The translations under genes were made by a program, and so were the position numbers. The notes below the pieces were generated by a model. It was given only the letters and a program-made list of their open reading frames with translations, was not told the DNA's origin and did not search any database. A stretch of 63,117 bases of DNA, counting the filler, from Deltaproteobacteria bacterium (lineage in GTDB: Bacteria > Myxococcota > JACRCW01): the NCBI GenBank assembly GCA_016218805.1. It is 4 parts of 4 records of this genome, joined end to end, with 100 filler letters (N's around TTAATTAATTAA, not from the genome) between each part and the next. Parts side by side here need not be neighbours in the genome. Positions count along the whole stretch, not along the records: positions 25,072 to 45,662 come from JACRCW010000010.1; positions 45,763 to 58,593 come from JACRCW010000113.1; 2 more parts are not named here. The stretch is one strand, 5' to 3'. Below, piece by piece: positions 45,361 through 54,613 of the stretch. The number at the start of each line of letters is the position of its first letter. Within the stretch, counting starts at the first letter, position 1.

Positions 45361-45618
45361 CGGACGGGTGCAGGGGGCTTTGGCGCCGCCCCGGCATGGT
45401 CACCATTCGCGTTTGCTCATCGCGGCCCCCGCCGCCTCCCCTTCTTTCATCCGTCCTTTCGTCTCGTCCTTTCTGCTTTTTGGGAACGGGGTTCCCCTCC
45501 ACGGACCCAGTTGGTCCGCAGCGTGTTCTGACCGTGGACTGCCGCTGCGCTCGCCGGGGCCGGCTTTGCCTGCGTCATGCGCCGGTCAACGTGGTGGGCC
45601 TCTGCGTCAACTTCTACC
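45361..45618. repeat. Copy 1 of a ~258-bp structured non-coding dispersed element
   Basis: Aligns with 62860-63117 apart from a few substitutions and one variable pyrimidine tract; ends 44 nt before a contig end. Confidence 0.92.
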
Positions 45619-45662
45619 GGTCTCAACAGACTCCAACCGGTCGCGCACCACGCTCGCGCGGA

Positions 45663-45762
45663 NNNNNNNNNNNNNNNNNNNNNNNNNNNNNNNNNNNNNN
45701 NNNNNNTTAATTAATTAANNNNNNNNNNNNNNNNNNNNNNNNNNNNNNNNNNNNNNNNNNNN
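45663..45762. other. Artificial contig linker
   Basis: N44-TTAATTAATTAA-N44. Confidence 0.98.
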
Positions 45763-45843
45763 CAGCTCCACAATCTCCGCGGAGTCCCGCTTGGAGAAGC
45801 CGATCTTTTCGTTGACGGCCTTGATGATTTCAGCCTTGGTCAT
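45763..45843 (-). CDS. ihfA: Integration host factor subunit alpha, N-terminal fragment (truncated by the contig edge)
   Basis: MTKAEIIKAVNEKIGFSKRDSAEIVEL; AGAGG RBS. Confidence 0.8.
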
Positions 45844-45908
45844 GGTGCGCTGCCTCTTCACAGGTTCCGCGGTGGGGCGGGAAACATCCGGCCCCGGACC
45901 ACAGGGTG

Positions 45909-46844
45909 TCAAGAGCGGGGACGCGCGCGCGCGTTGCGGATCAGTCCCTTGACTTTCGCGCGCGCCAATGGAGTGCCGGCCAATGATGGAATGAGTTCCG
46001 CCGCGTCCAGCGTGGTCAATCCCTTGACAGGGAGGAACGCCAGGTCCGCCCGTGCGGGCAGTGCCGCATTGGCCGTGCCGCGGTCCGCCCACGGGCAGAC
46101 CTCCTGGCACACGTCACATCCAAACACCCACCCGTGAAACGGCGGCGCATCCGCCGCCACGTCGTCACCGGGGTTCTCCACCGTGTGCGTGGTGATGCAG
46201 CGGCGCGCATCCAGCACGTGCGGCGCCACCAGCGCGCCCGTGGGACAGGCGGTGAGGCAGGCGGTGCAGGTGCCGCAGTGGTCCGTGCCCGGCGCGTCCG
46301 GTGCCAGCTCCACCGTGGTCACCATGCTGCCCAGCACCGTGTAGCTGCCCAGGCGCGTGCTCAACAGCATGGTGTTCTTGCCCACCCAGCCCAACCCCGC
46401 CTGCTGCGCCCACGCGCGCTCCAGCACCGCGCCGGTGTCCGCGGCCACGTACGCGTCGGAGCCGGGCCACGCCTCGCGCTGCCGCCGCCGCAGGGACCGC
46501 AGCTTCTTGATCATGGGATTGTGGTAGTCGCGCCGCGCCGCATAGCGCGCCACCTGCAGGTGCGGCCCGTCCGGGCGCGGCGGGCGGGCGTCCGCGTAGC
46601 CCATGGCCACCACGACGACGGAGCGCGCGCCCGGGACCAGCAGGCGCGGGTCACAGCGCTCCGCCACGCGCTCATCCAGGTACGGCACGCCCGCCAGCCG
46701 CCCGGCGGCCAGCGCGGCGCGGAACTGGTCCGCGTCCGGCGTGGGACCCGCGCGCGCAATCCCCACCGCGTCAAGCCCAAGCGCGCGCGCCTGCTCCTTC
46801 ATCCACGCGGCGGCCTGCTCCGGGCTGCTCAACGTCCGGCCCAC
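45909..46844 (-). CDS. queG: Epoxyqueuosine reductase
   Basis: ARYA..RDYH, DTG.VLER.WA..AGLGW.GKN, CGTCTACLTACP, GCDVCQEVCP. Confidence 0.95.
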   Translation of the reverse strand: MGRTLSSPEQAAAWMKEQARALGLDAVGIARAGPTPDADQFRAALAAGRLAGVPYLDERVAERCDPRLLVPGARSVVVVAMGYADARPPRPDGPHLQVARYAARRDYHNPMIKKLRSLRRRQREAWPGSDAYVAADTGAVLERAWAQQAGLGWVGKNTMLLSTRLGSYTVLGSMVTTVELAPDAPGTDHCGTCTACLTACPTGALVAPHVLDARRCITTHTVENPGDDVAADAPPFHGWVFGCDVCQEVCPWADRGTANAALPARADLAFLPVKGLTTLDAAELIPSLAGTPLARAKVKGLIRNARARPRS

Positions 46845-47539
46845 TGCACTTCCAGGATGGACAGCCCCGCCGCCGCCGCGCGCTGCGTGGCCTCCTTCTT
46901 GTTGCGCCCGCTGGCCGCGGTCACCACCCGCCCCTCCACCACCAGCTCAACCAGGAACCGGTCCTCGTGGCCTTCGCCGCGGTCCTCCGTGGTGCGGTAG
47001 GTGGGCACTTCCTTGAGGTGCTTCTGCACCAGCATCTGCAGCTCCGTCTTGAAGTCGCGCCGCGCGGCGCCTTCGCCCGCGTCCGCCAGCGCGTCCTCCA
47101 ACCAGTGCCCCACCACGGTGTCCACCGCCGCCAACCCGCCGTCCACGTAGATGGCGCCCAGCAGCGCCTCCATGGCGCCGGCCAGCACCGTCTTGCGAGC
47201 GCGCGTTCCCGTCTTCTCCGCCGCCGGCCCCAGGCGCACCGCGTCCGCAACGCCCAGCCGCGCCGCGGTGTCCGCCAGCTGCTGCCCGTTCACAATGGTG
47301 CTGCGGATGCGGGACAGCGTTCCCTCGTCCGCGTACGGGTGCGCGCGCAGCAGCCGGTGCCGCACCACCAGCTCCAGCACCGCGTCACCCAGGAACTCCA
47401 GCCGCTCGTTGTGGCGCGCGCCCTCGGACGGGCGTTCATGCGCAAAGGACCGGTGCGTGAGCGCCTCCACCAGCAACGCGGGGTCCTTGAACGCGTAGCC
47501 CAGGCTCGCCACCAGCTGGACAACGCCGGCCGGTCTCAC
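46829..47539 (-). CDS. rnc: Ribonuclease III
   Basis: ALTHRS, NERLEFLGDAVL, EALLGAIY.DGG, C-terminal dsRBD (DFKT.LQ, KKEA.Q.AA). Confidence 0.95.
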   Translation of the reverse strand: MRPAGVVQLVASLGYAFKDPALLVEALTHRSFAHERPSEGARHNERLEFLGDAVLELVVRHRLLRAHPYADEGTLSRIRSTIVNGQQLADTAARLGVADAVRLGPAAEKTGTRARKTVLAGAMEALLGAIYVDGGLAAVDTVVGHWLEDALADAGEGAARRDFKTELQMLVQKHLKEVPTYRTTEDRGEGHEDRFLVELVVEGRVVTAASGRNKKEATQRAAAAGLSILEVQWAGR

Positions 47540-48030
47540 CGCTCCACCCCGTCAAAGCGCACCTGCGTCCCGGGTCCCACGCCGTGCCGGCGCGCCCAGC
47601 CCGCGTTGACCTCCAGCACGTAGCGGGACGGCTTGCCCACGCTCATGCGCGCCTCGCTGAACGGCGTCGCGTTTTCGTACACGCCCACCACGCGCCGGTC
47701 ATCCCCCAGGAAGATCATGTCCAGTGGCAGCGGGGTGTTCCGCATCCAGAAGTTGAGCACCTCCGTGCGGTCAAACAGGAACACCATGCCCTCGTCGTCA
47801 GCCAGCTTCTCCTTGAACATCAGGCCGTGCGTGCGCTGGCGGTCATTCTCCGCCACCTCCACGCGGACGGGCAGATCTCCGCCTTTCGTCACCACCCACA
47901 CGCGGGCCCAGCGGTACTCCGGCCGACCCGGTGCGGCGGGGATGGCCGGGGCCTTCCCTCCGTCCGCGGCCTGTGTATCCCGGCACGCGGAGACCAGGAG
48001 CAACAACGCGATGATGACCCGGCGTGCCAT
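47536..48030 (-). CDS. DUF192 family lipoprotein
   Basis: Lipobox VSAC; VEVA, GLMF, GM.F.F, FWMRNT.LPLD.IF, YVLEVNAG. Confidence 0.92.
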   Translation of the reverse strand: MARRVIIALLLLVSACRDTQAADGGKAPAIPAAPGRPEYRWARVWVVTKGGDLPVRVEVAENDRQRTHGLMFKEKLADDEGMVFLFDRTEVLNFWMRNTPLPLDMIFLGDDRRVVGVYENATPFSEARMSVGKPSRYVLEVNAGWARRHGVGPGTQVRFDGVER

Positions 48031-48032
48031 GG

Positions 48033-49412
48033 TCACGTCCGGCTGCTCACGGCCAACTCGCCAAACATGATGGACGGACACGCGGTGCCGCCGCGCACCA
48101 GCAGGTCCGCACCCACCGCACTGATCCCGCGCAGCATGTCCAGCAGGTTTCCCGCCACGGTCATTTCCTCAACGGGATGCGCAATCTCACCGTGCTCAAT
48201 CCACAGTCCCGCCGCACCGCGCGAATAATCCCCCGTCACCATGTCCGGTCCGTGTCCCAGCATGCGCGTGACCAGCAGCCCGCGCCCCGCGTCCTTCACC
48301 AGTTGCGCCAGGGACCTCTCGCCCGGCGCCAGGCGGATGTTGCCCGTGCCAATGCCCGGGAGGCTGGACGGGCCGCGGCGCGCGCTCCCCGTCGGGCGCG
48401 CACCCAGGCGCCGCGCGGTGAACGCGTCATACAAAAAGCCCTGCAGCACACCGTCGGTGACCAGCGGGTTCACGCGCGTGGCCAGTCCCTCGCCGTCAAA
48501 CGGCACGGACCCAAACGCGCGCGGCAGCGTGGAATCATCCACCAGCTGGAAGAACGCGGGTGCAATGGGCTGCCCGCGCTTCTCCTGCAGGAACGTGGCG
48601 TTCTTGGCCACCAGGTCGCCGTTCACGCCCGCCGCAATGTGGCCAATGATGCTCATGGCCACCGGCGCTTCAAAGATCACCGGGAATCTCCCCGTCGGGC
48701 CGGGCCTGGCGCCAATGGCGCGGGACACGCGCTCGGCGGCCTTCTTGGCAATGTCCTCCGGCGCCATGAGGTCGGCCAGGTGCCGCCGCGCGTCAGACCA
48801 CCCGTCGGACTGGCGGCCGCCCTCAGACAGCGTGACGGCGGAGCAGTACGCGGACACGTGCGTCCCCTCAAACTGCCCGGAGAATCCCAGCGTGTTGGCA
48901 TACGCCACTTCACCGCGGCCCGCGCCCGCACCCACGGCGGAAAACGCGTGGATGCGCGGCTCCGCGGCGCACGCTGCCTGCTCCATCTGCAACGCCACGC
49001 GCTGCGCCCACTCAGGCCCCAGCTCCGCCACGCGCGGATCAAACAGGTCCAGCGCGGGGGAAGGCACCGTGGAGAGGTTGGTGTCCGCCGCGTCCGGCAG
49101 GCCGTGCCAGGGGTTGGCCGCGCTGGCCTCCGCCATGCCCAGCGCGCGGCGCACCAGGCGCTCCTTCTCGTCCTTGGTGGCCGGGAGCGCGCTGGTGGTC
49201 AGGAAGCCCAGCTTGCGGCCACCGTCCGCCTCCAGGAACACGCGCACGCCCAGCGTGGCGTCGGTGGCGCGGGACACCTCCTCCACCTTGCCGTCGCGCA
49301 CGGTGACGTCAAAGTCACTGCCACGCCCCATCATCGCGTCGGCCCCGGCGGCGCCTGCACGGCCCGCCAGTTCCACAATCTCCCGGCACAGCTCCAGGTC
49401 GGCCCGGTTCAT
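48033..49412 (-). CDS. pmbA: TldE/PmbA protease subunit
   Basis: PFDGEG, GVLQGFL, TGSA.R, TGDYSRGA.G.WIE.GE...PVEE.TVAGN; no HExxxH. Confidence 0.93.
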   Translation of the reverse strand: MNRADLELCREIVELAGRAGAAGADAMMGRGSDFDVTVRDGKVEEVSRATDATLGVRVFLEADGGRKLGFLTTSALPATKDEKERLVRRALGMAEASAANPWHGLPDAADTNLSTVPSPALDLFDPRVAELGPEWAQRVALQMEQAACAAEPRIHAFSAVGAGAGRGEVAYANTLGFSGQFEGTHVSAYCSAVTLSEGGRQSDGWSDARRHLADLMAPEDIAKKAAERVSRAIGARPGPTGRFPVIFEAPVAMSIIGHIAAGVNGDLVAKNATFLQEKRGQPIAPAFFQLVDDSTLPRAFGSVPFDGEGLATRVNPLVTDGVLQGFLYDAFTARRLGARPTGSARRGPSSLPGIGTGNIRLAPGERSLAQLVKDAGRGLLVTRMLGHGPDMVTGDYSRGAAGLWIEHGEIAHPVEEMTVAGNLLDMLRGISAVGADLLVRGGTACPSIMFGELAVSSRT

Positions 49413-49424
49413 GGCTCCTCCGTC

Positions 49425-50867
49425 TCAGACCGCGGTTCCACCGACGGTGACGCCGTCGATCCGCACCGAGGGCATGCCCACGCCCACCGGCACCGACTGC
49501 CCCGCCTTGCCGCACGTGTACATGCCGGGGTCCATCTTTGCGTCCGCGCCCACCGCGGTGATCTTCTCCAGCACCTGCGGCCCCACGCCAATGAGCGTGG
49601 CCCCCTTCACCGGCGCGGTGATGCGTCCGTCCTCAATGAGGTAGCCCTCGCGCACTTCAAACACAAAGTTCCCGTTGCTGATGTCCACCTGCCCGCCGCC
49701 GAATGCCGCGCAATACAGGCCTTTCTTCACGCTGCGCAGCATCTCCGCGGGGTCATCCTTCCCGGCCAGCAGGAACGTGTTGGTCATGCGCGGCAGCGGT
49801 GCGTGCTGGTAGCCCTCGCGGCGGCCGTTGCCGGTGACGGGCAACTTCATCAGCCCCGCGTTGAGGCGGTCCGTGAGGTAGCCGCGCAGAATGCCGTTCT
49901 CAATGAGCACCGTGCGGCCGGTGGGGTTCCCCTCGTCATCAACATTCAGGCTCCCGCGCAGGTTGAACAGGGTGCCGTCATCCACCACCGTGCACAGCTC
50001 ACTGGCCACGCGCTGGCCCACGCGGTCACAGAACAGGCTGGTGCCCTTGCGGATGAAGTCCGCCTCCAGGCCGTGCCCCACCGCTTCATGGAGCAACACG
50101 CCGGAACTGCCGGGTGACAGGATGACCGTCTGCTCGCCCGCGGGCGCGGGACGCGCGCCCAGTTGCGCCACCGCCATGCGCGCCGCTTCGCGCGCAATGT
50201 CCTCCGGGCGGGACGTGCCCTCGTCGGGGCGGCGCAACCCAAATTGCTCCAGGCCCGCGCGCCCGCCGCCGCCCCAGGACCCCACGCGGCGTTCGCTGCC
50301 GTCCTGGGCAATCGCGGTCACGGACAGGCGGCCCATGGTGCGCTCGTCGTCCACCAGGCGGCCATCAGTGGTCACAATGCGCACGCGCTGTTCCACGTCA
50401 ATGAACGCGCCCAGCACGGTGGCAACGCGGCTGTCATACGCCCGGGCCGCGCGGTCCGCGCGCCGCAGCACCTCCGCCTTGGCGGGCGCCTCCACGCGTG
50501 AGGGTTCCAGCTCCGCGCGGTAGCGCGCCGGCGCGGTGAACGGCCGGATTTCCAGCGCGCGCGTGGACGGGCTGCCCGCCGACGCGATCAACGCCGCGGC
50601 GCGGGCCACTTCCAGCAGCGCTGCTTCGCTCACGTCCGCGCTGTGCGCGTAGCCCACCTGGTTGCCCACCACGGCGCGCACGCCCACGCCGAGCGACTCC
50701 GCCTCCGTGGCGCTCTTGATGGCGCCCGCGTCCAGGTCAAACGCCGTGCGGCGCGACGACTCAATGTAGACCTCCGCGTATTCCGCGCCCTGCGCGAGCG
50801 CCGCCTCCAGCAGCTTCTGGAGTTGCTCCCGACTGAAATACGCGTCCTTGAGTTCCGGTGCCTGCAT
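49425..50867 (-). CDS. tldD: TldD metalloprotease
   Basis: LLHEAVGHGLEAD, DDEG, TGNGRR, PRMTNT, CGK.GQ.VPV..G.P. Confidence 0.95.
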   Translation of the reverse strand: MQAPELKDAYFSREQLQKLLEAALAQGAEYAEVYIESSRRTAFDLDAGAIKSATEAESLGVGVRAVVGNQVGYAHSADVSEAALLEVARAAALIASAGSPSTRALEIRPFTAPARYRAELEPSRVEAPAKAEVLRRADRAARAYDSRVATVLGAFIDVEQRVRIVTTDGRLVDDERTMGRLSVTAIAQDGSERRVGSWGGGGRAGLEQFGLRRPDEGTSRPEDIAREAARMAVAQLGARPAPAGEQTVILSPGSSGVLLHEAVGHGLEADFIRKGTSLFCDRVGQRVASELCTVVDDGTLFNLRGSLNVDDEGNPTGRTVLIENGILRGYLTDRLNAGLMKLPVTGNGRREGYQHAPLPRMTNTFLLAGKDDPAEMLRSVKKGLYCAAFGGGQVDISNGNFVFEVREGYLIEDGRITAPVKGATLIGVGPQVLEKITAVGADAKMDPGMYTCGKAGQSVPVGVGMPSVRIDGVTVGGTAV

Positions 50868-50928
50868 GGAGGCGCGTTGTGCCGCGCAGGGGTGGCGCGC
50901 GCAAGCGGCGGAGTCGGGGCCCGCCGCC

Positions 50929-50960
50929 CTGTCAACCGCTCCGGTGATGACGGTTGACAG
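50929..50960. promoter_or_regulatory. BirA biotin-repressor operator overlapping a TTGACA -35 element
   Basis: Perfect cTGTCAACCg-N12-cGGTTGACAg (TGTCAACC-N14-GGTTGACA) about 30 nt upstream of bioB. Confidence 0.88.
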
Positions 50961-50989
50961 CCATCCACCGCGCGTTCCAAGACGGCGCC

Positions 50990-52054
50990 ATGCCATCCAC
51001 CACGGTGTCTGTTCCGCCCGCCACGGGCATTCCCGTTGACGAGGCCCTGCGCCTGATCCGCGCCACCGGCGCTGACCTGGAGCGGGCCATTGAGCGCGCC
51101 AACCTGGCGCGTGACCACTTCAAGGGTGACGAGGTCCGGCTCTGCGCGATCACCAACGCGAAGAGCGGGCACTGCCCGGAGGACTGCGGGTTCTGCAGCC
51201 AGTCCAGCAAGTACCAGACGGACGCACCGGAATACCGGCTGCGTTCCGCGGAAGAACTCTCCCATGACGCCATCCGCGCGTGGGAAGCCGGCGCGGGTGA
51301 GTTCTCCATTGTGGCGTCCGGCCGCGCCATGACCAAGGAGCGCGAACTGGCCGAAGTGGAAGCCGCGCTGCGCACCATCCGTGAGAAGACCACGCTGCTG
51401 CGCTGCGCGTCACTGGGCCTGCAGGACCGCGCATCACTGGAGCGCCTCAAGGCGGCCGGGCTGCAGGCGGTGCACCACAACCTGGAGACGGCGCGCAGCC
51501 ACCACCCCAACATTGTCACCACGCACAACTATGACGACGAGGTAGAGGCCATCCGCACCGCCAGGGCCGTAGGCCTGCACGTGTGCAGCGGCGGCATCTT
51601 TGGCATGGGGGAGACGCCCGAGCAGCGCGTGGAGATGCTGGAGGCGCTGCGGGAGCTGGACGTGGATTCCGTCCCGCTCAACTTCCTCAACCCGCGGCCG
51701 GGCACACCGGTCGCCGAGAAGTACAACATCACGCTGGAGGAGTGCCTGGCCGTCATCGTCGTGGCGCGCCTCATGATGCCCGCCAAGGAGATCTTTGTGT
51801 GCGGCGGCCGTGAGGTGAACCTGGGCCAACGCCTGGATGAGATCTTCCGCGCGGGCGCCAACGGCACCATGGTGGGCAACTACCTGACGACGATGGGCCG
51901 CGGCGTGGAGAAGGACCTGCAGGCGATTGGCAGGCAGGGGCTGCGCCCGGTGGGCATCACCGAGAGCGCTACCGCGCCCGCCAAGACCCGCCGCCTGGCC
52001 GCGGGCGACCCGCGGCCCGGGCGTTCCACCGCGAGGCTCCCCGTCCTGGGGTGA
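50990..52054 (+). CDS. bioB: Biotin synthase
   Basis: NAKSG.CPEDCGFCSQS radical SAM motif, HNLET, CSGGI.GMGE, SVPLNFL.P.PGTP, GNYLTT. Confidence 0.96.
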   Translation: MPSTTVSVPPATGIPVDEALRLIRATGADLERAIERANLARDHFKGDEVRLCAITNAKSGHCPEDCGFCSQSSKYQTDAPEYRLRSAEELSHDAIRAWEAGAGEFSIVASGRAMTKERELAEVEAALRTIREKTTLLRCASLGLQDRASLERLKAAGLQAVHHNLETARSHHPNIVTTHNYDDEVEAIRTARAVGLHVCSGGIFGMGETPEQRVEMLEALRELDVDSVPLNFLNPRPGTPVAEKYNITLEECLAVIVVARLMMPAKEIFVCGGREVNLGQRLDEIFRAGANGTMVGNYLTTMGRGVEKDLQAIGRQGLRPVGITESATAPAKTRRLAAGDPRPGRSTARLPVLG

Positions 52055-52061
52055 AGCAACC

Positions 52062-53264
52062 ATGCCTGGAGACCGCTGGATCAAGCCCGTTCTCGACGAC
52101 ATCCGCGCCCGCGGCCGCTGGCGCTCGCTGGACCACCGCATTGTGTCCGGCAAGCAGGGCCGGCACGTGGACATCGCCGGGCGCCGGTTGTTGTGCTTTG
52201 CGTCCAATGACTACCTGGGGCTGGCCGGTGACGACGTCACATCGCACGCCGCGGCGGCGGCGCTGGTGCTGTGGGGTCATGGCGCGGGTGCCTCGCGGCA
52301 CATCAGCGGGAACATGGCGCCCCACGTGGCGCTGGAAGGGCAGCTTGCGTCCTGGCTGCGCGCGGACACGGCGGTGCTGTTTGGCAGCGGCGTGCTGGCC
52401 AACACCGGGGTCATCCCCGCGCTGGTTGGACCCGGTGACGCGGTGTTCTCTGACGAGCTGAACCACGCCAGCATTGTTGACGGCTGCCGCCTGGCGCGCG
52501 CCACCACGCACGTCTACCGCCACGGGGATGCGGCGCATCTGTCCACCCTGCTCGCGGCCCACCCCGCACCGCGGCGGCTCGTGGTCACGGATGCACTGTT
52601 CTCCATGGATGGAGACCTTGCGCCGCTCCCGGAGATTGCAGCAGTGGTGCAGGAGCATGACGTCATGCTCCTGGTGGACGAGGCGCACGCGATAGGCACC
52701 CTGGGCCAGGGCCGCGGTGCCTGCGTGGAGGCAGGCGTCGACGACGTCGTCACGGTGCGCATCGGCACGCTGGGGAAAGCGCTGGGGAGCTACGGCGCGT
52801 TTGCGTGCGGGTCGCGTGCGGTGGTGGACCTGCTGACCAACCGCGCGCGGTCACTGGTGTTCTCCACCGCACTGCCGCCGTCCGCCTGTGCGGCGGCGCT
52901 GGCCGCGCTGGACGTGGTCCGGCACGGTGAACGGACGCAGAAACTCCGGCACCTGTGCCGCGTGGCGCAGGAGGCCGCCGTCCGCCACGGCGTGGCGCAC
53001 CTGTTGCCGCGCCATGCGCTGGCCGGCCCCATCTTTCCGCTGATTGTGGGTGAAGACCGCGCGGCGCTGCGGCTGGCGGACGCGCTGCGCGCACGCGGGT
53101 TCCTGGGCGTGGGCGTGCGTCCACCCACGGTGCCGGACGGAACCGCCCGCGTGCGCATCACCCTGTCCGCGTTGCACCATGAGACGGACGTTGAAGCGCT
53201 GTTTGCCGCCGTGGCCACGTCCCTGGCGGAGGGCCGCAACACCCTGGCGGAGGCCGGCGCGTGA
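52062..53264 (+). CDS. bioF: 8-amino-7-oxononanoate synthase
   Basis: FASNDYLGL, SDELNHASI.DG, FSMDGD.A, VDEAHA, GTLGKALG, RPPTVP. Confidence 0.95.
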   Translation: MPGDRWIKPVLDDIRARGRWRSLDHRIVSGKQGRHVDIAGRRLLCFASNDYLGLAGDDVTSHAAAAALVLWGHGAGASRHISGNMAPHVALEGQLASWLRADTAVLFGSGVLANTGVIPALVGPGDAVFSDELNHASIVDGCRLARATTHVYRHGDAAHLSTLLAAHPAPRRLVVTDALFSMDGDLAPLPEIAAVVQEHDVMLLVDEAHAIGTLGQGRGACVEAGVDDVVTVRIGTLGKALGSYGAFACGSRAVVDLLTNRARSLVFSTALPPSACAAALAALDVVRHGERTQKLRHLCRVAQEAAVRHGVAHLLPRHALAGPIFPLIVGEDRAALRLADALRARGFLGVGVRPPTVPDGTARVRITLSALHHETDVEALFAAVATSLAEGRNTLAEAGA

Positions 53265-54613
53265 ACACCGCGGAGCTTCTGGAACTGGACCGGCGCCACC
53301 TGTGGCACCCGTTCACGCAGATGTCGCTGTGGGGCGCGGAGGATCCCGTGCTGGTCATTGACCGCGCGGAGGGCTTCCACCTGGTGGACACCGACGGGAA
53401 CCGCTACCTGGATGGCGTGTCGTCGCTGTGGTGCAACGTGCACGGGCACCGCGTGCCGGAGCTGGATGACGCGGCGCGTGCACAGCTCAACCGGGTGGCG
53501 CACAGCACGCTGCTCGGGCTGTCACAGACGGAAGCCATCCTGCTGGCCAAGGAACTCGTGGACGTGGCGCCGCGCGGGCTCACGCGCGTGTTCTTCAGTG
53601 ACGCCGGCGCCACCGCGGTGGAAGTCGCGCTGAAGATGGCCGCGCAGTACCAGGTCCAGGTGGGGCGGCCGGAAAAGCGGCGGTTTCTCGCGCTCGCGGA
53701 GGCGTACCACGGTGACACCGTCGGGGCGCTATCGCTCGGATACTCGGACTGGTTCCACCGCGCGTTTGCGCACCTGAAGTTTGACGTCGTCACCGCGCCC
53801 GCCCCGCACGCGTACCGTGATCCCCGGCGGCTCCCACCGGAGGAGTTCGCCGCGGATGCGGCCGAACGCGTGAGCCGGCTCATTGCCACGCACGCGGACA
53901 CGCTTGCTGCTGTGGTCATGGAACCGCTGGTGCAGGGCGCCGCGGGGATGCTGGTGCACCCGCCGGGGTACCTGGCCGCGGTGGCGCGCGCGTGCCGGGC
54001 CCATGAGGTGCTGCTGGTGTGTGACGAGGTGGCAACGGGCTTCGGCCGCACCGGGACGATGTTCGCGTGTGAGCAGGAGGGCGTGGTCCCGGACATCCTG
54101 TGCGCGGCCAAGGGACTCTCCGGCGGCTACCTCCCCGTCGCCGCCACGCTCACCACCGAACGCGTGTTCGGAGCTTTTCTCGGCGCGTTCCACGAGGGAA
54201 AGACGTTTTTCCACGGGCACACCTTCACCGGGAATGCGCTGGGCTGCGCCGTGTCCCGCGCCAGCCTGCGCTTGCTGCGTGAGCGCGTGCTCCCCGCCCT
54301 GCCCGCCCGCGTGCAGCACCTGCACCGCCTGCTGGAGCCGCTGCGGGCCCTGCGCCACGTGGGTGACCTCCGCCAGCGCGGGCTCATGGTTGGCATGGAG
54401 CTGGTGCGGGACCGCGCCACGCGTGAACCGTTTCCCATGGCGGATCGCGTCGGCCACCGCGTGTGCATGGCGGCGCGGCGGCACGGCGTGATCCTCCGCC
54501 CGCTGGGCAACGTCGTCGTGCTGATGCCCGCCCCGGGGATGCCGGAGGCGCTGCTGGACACGCTGGTCACCGCCGCGCACGCTGCCATCGTCGCCATCAC
54601 GGAGGCCGCATGA
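53261..54613 (+). CDS. bioA: Adenosylmethionine-8-amino-7-oxononanoate transaminase
   Basis: LWHPFTQM, YLDG.SSLW, YHGDT, DEVATGFGRTG, AKGLSGGY, FFHGHT.TGN. Confidence 0.96.
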   Translation: MNTAELLELDRRHLWHPFTQMSLWGAEDPVLVIDRAEGFHLVDTDGNRYLDGVSSLWCNVHGHRVPELDDAARAQLNRVAHSTLLGLSQTEAILLAKELVDVAPRGLTRVFFSDAGATAVEVALKMAAQYQVQVGRPEKRRFLALAEAYHGDTVGALSLGYSDWFHRAFAHLKFDVVTAPAPHAYRDPRRLPPEEFAADAAERVSRLIATHADTLAAVVMEPLVQGAAGMLVHPPGYLAAVARACRAHEVLLVCDEVATGFGRTGTMFACEQEGVVPDILCAAKGLSGGYLPVAATLTTERVFGAFLGAFHEGKTFFHGHTFTGNALGCAVSRASLRLLRERVLPALPARVQHLHRLLEPLRALRHVGDLRQRGLMVGMELVRDRATREPFPMADRVGHRVCMAARRHGVILRPLGNVVVLMPAPGMPEALLDTLVTAAHAAIVAITEAA

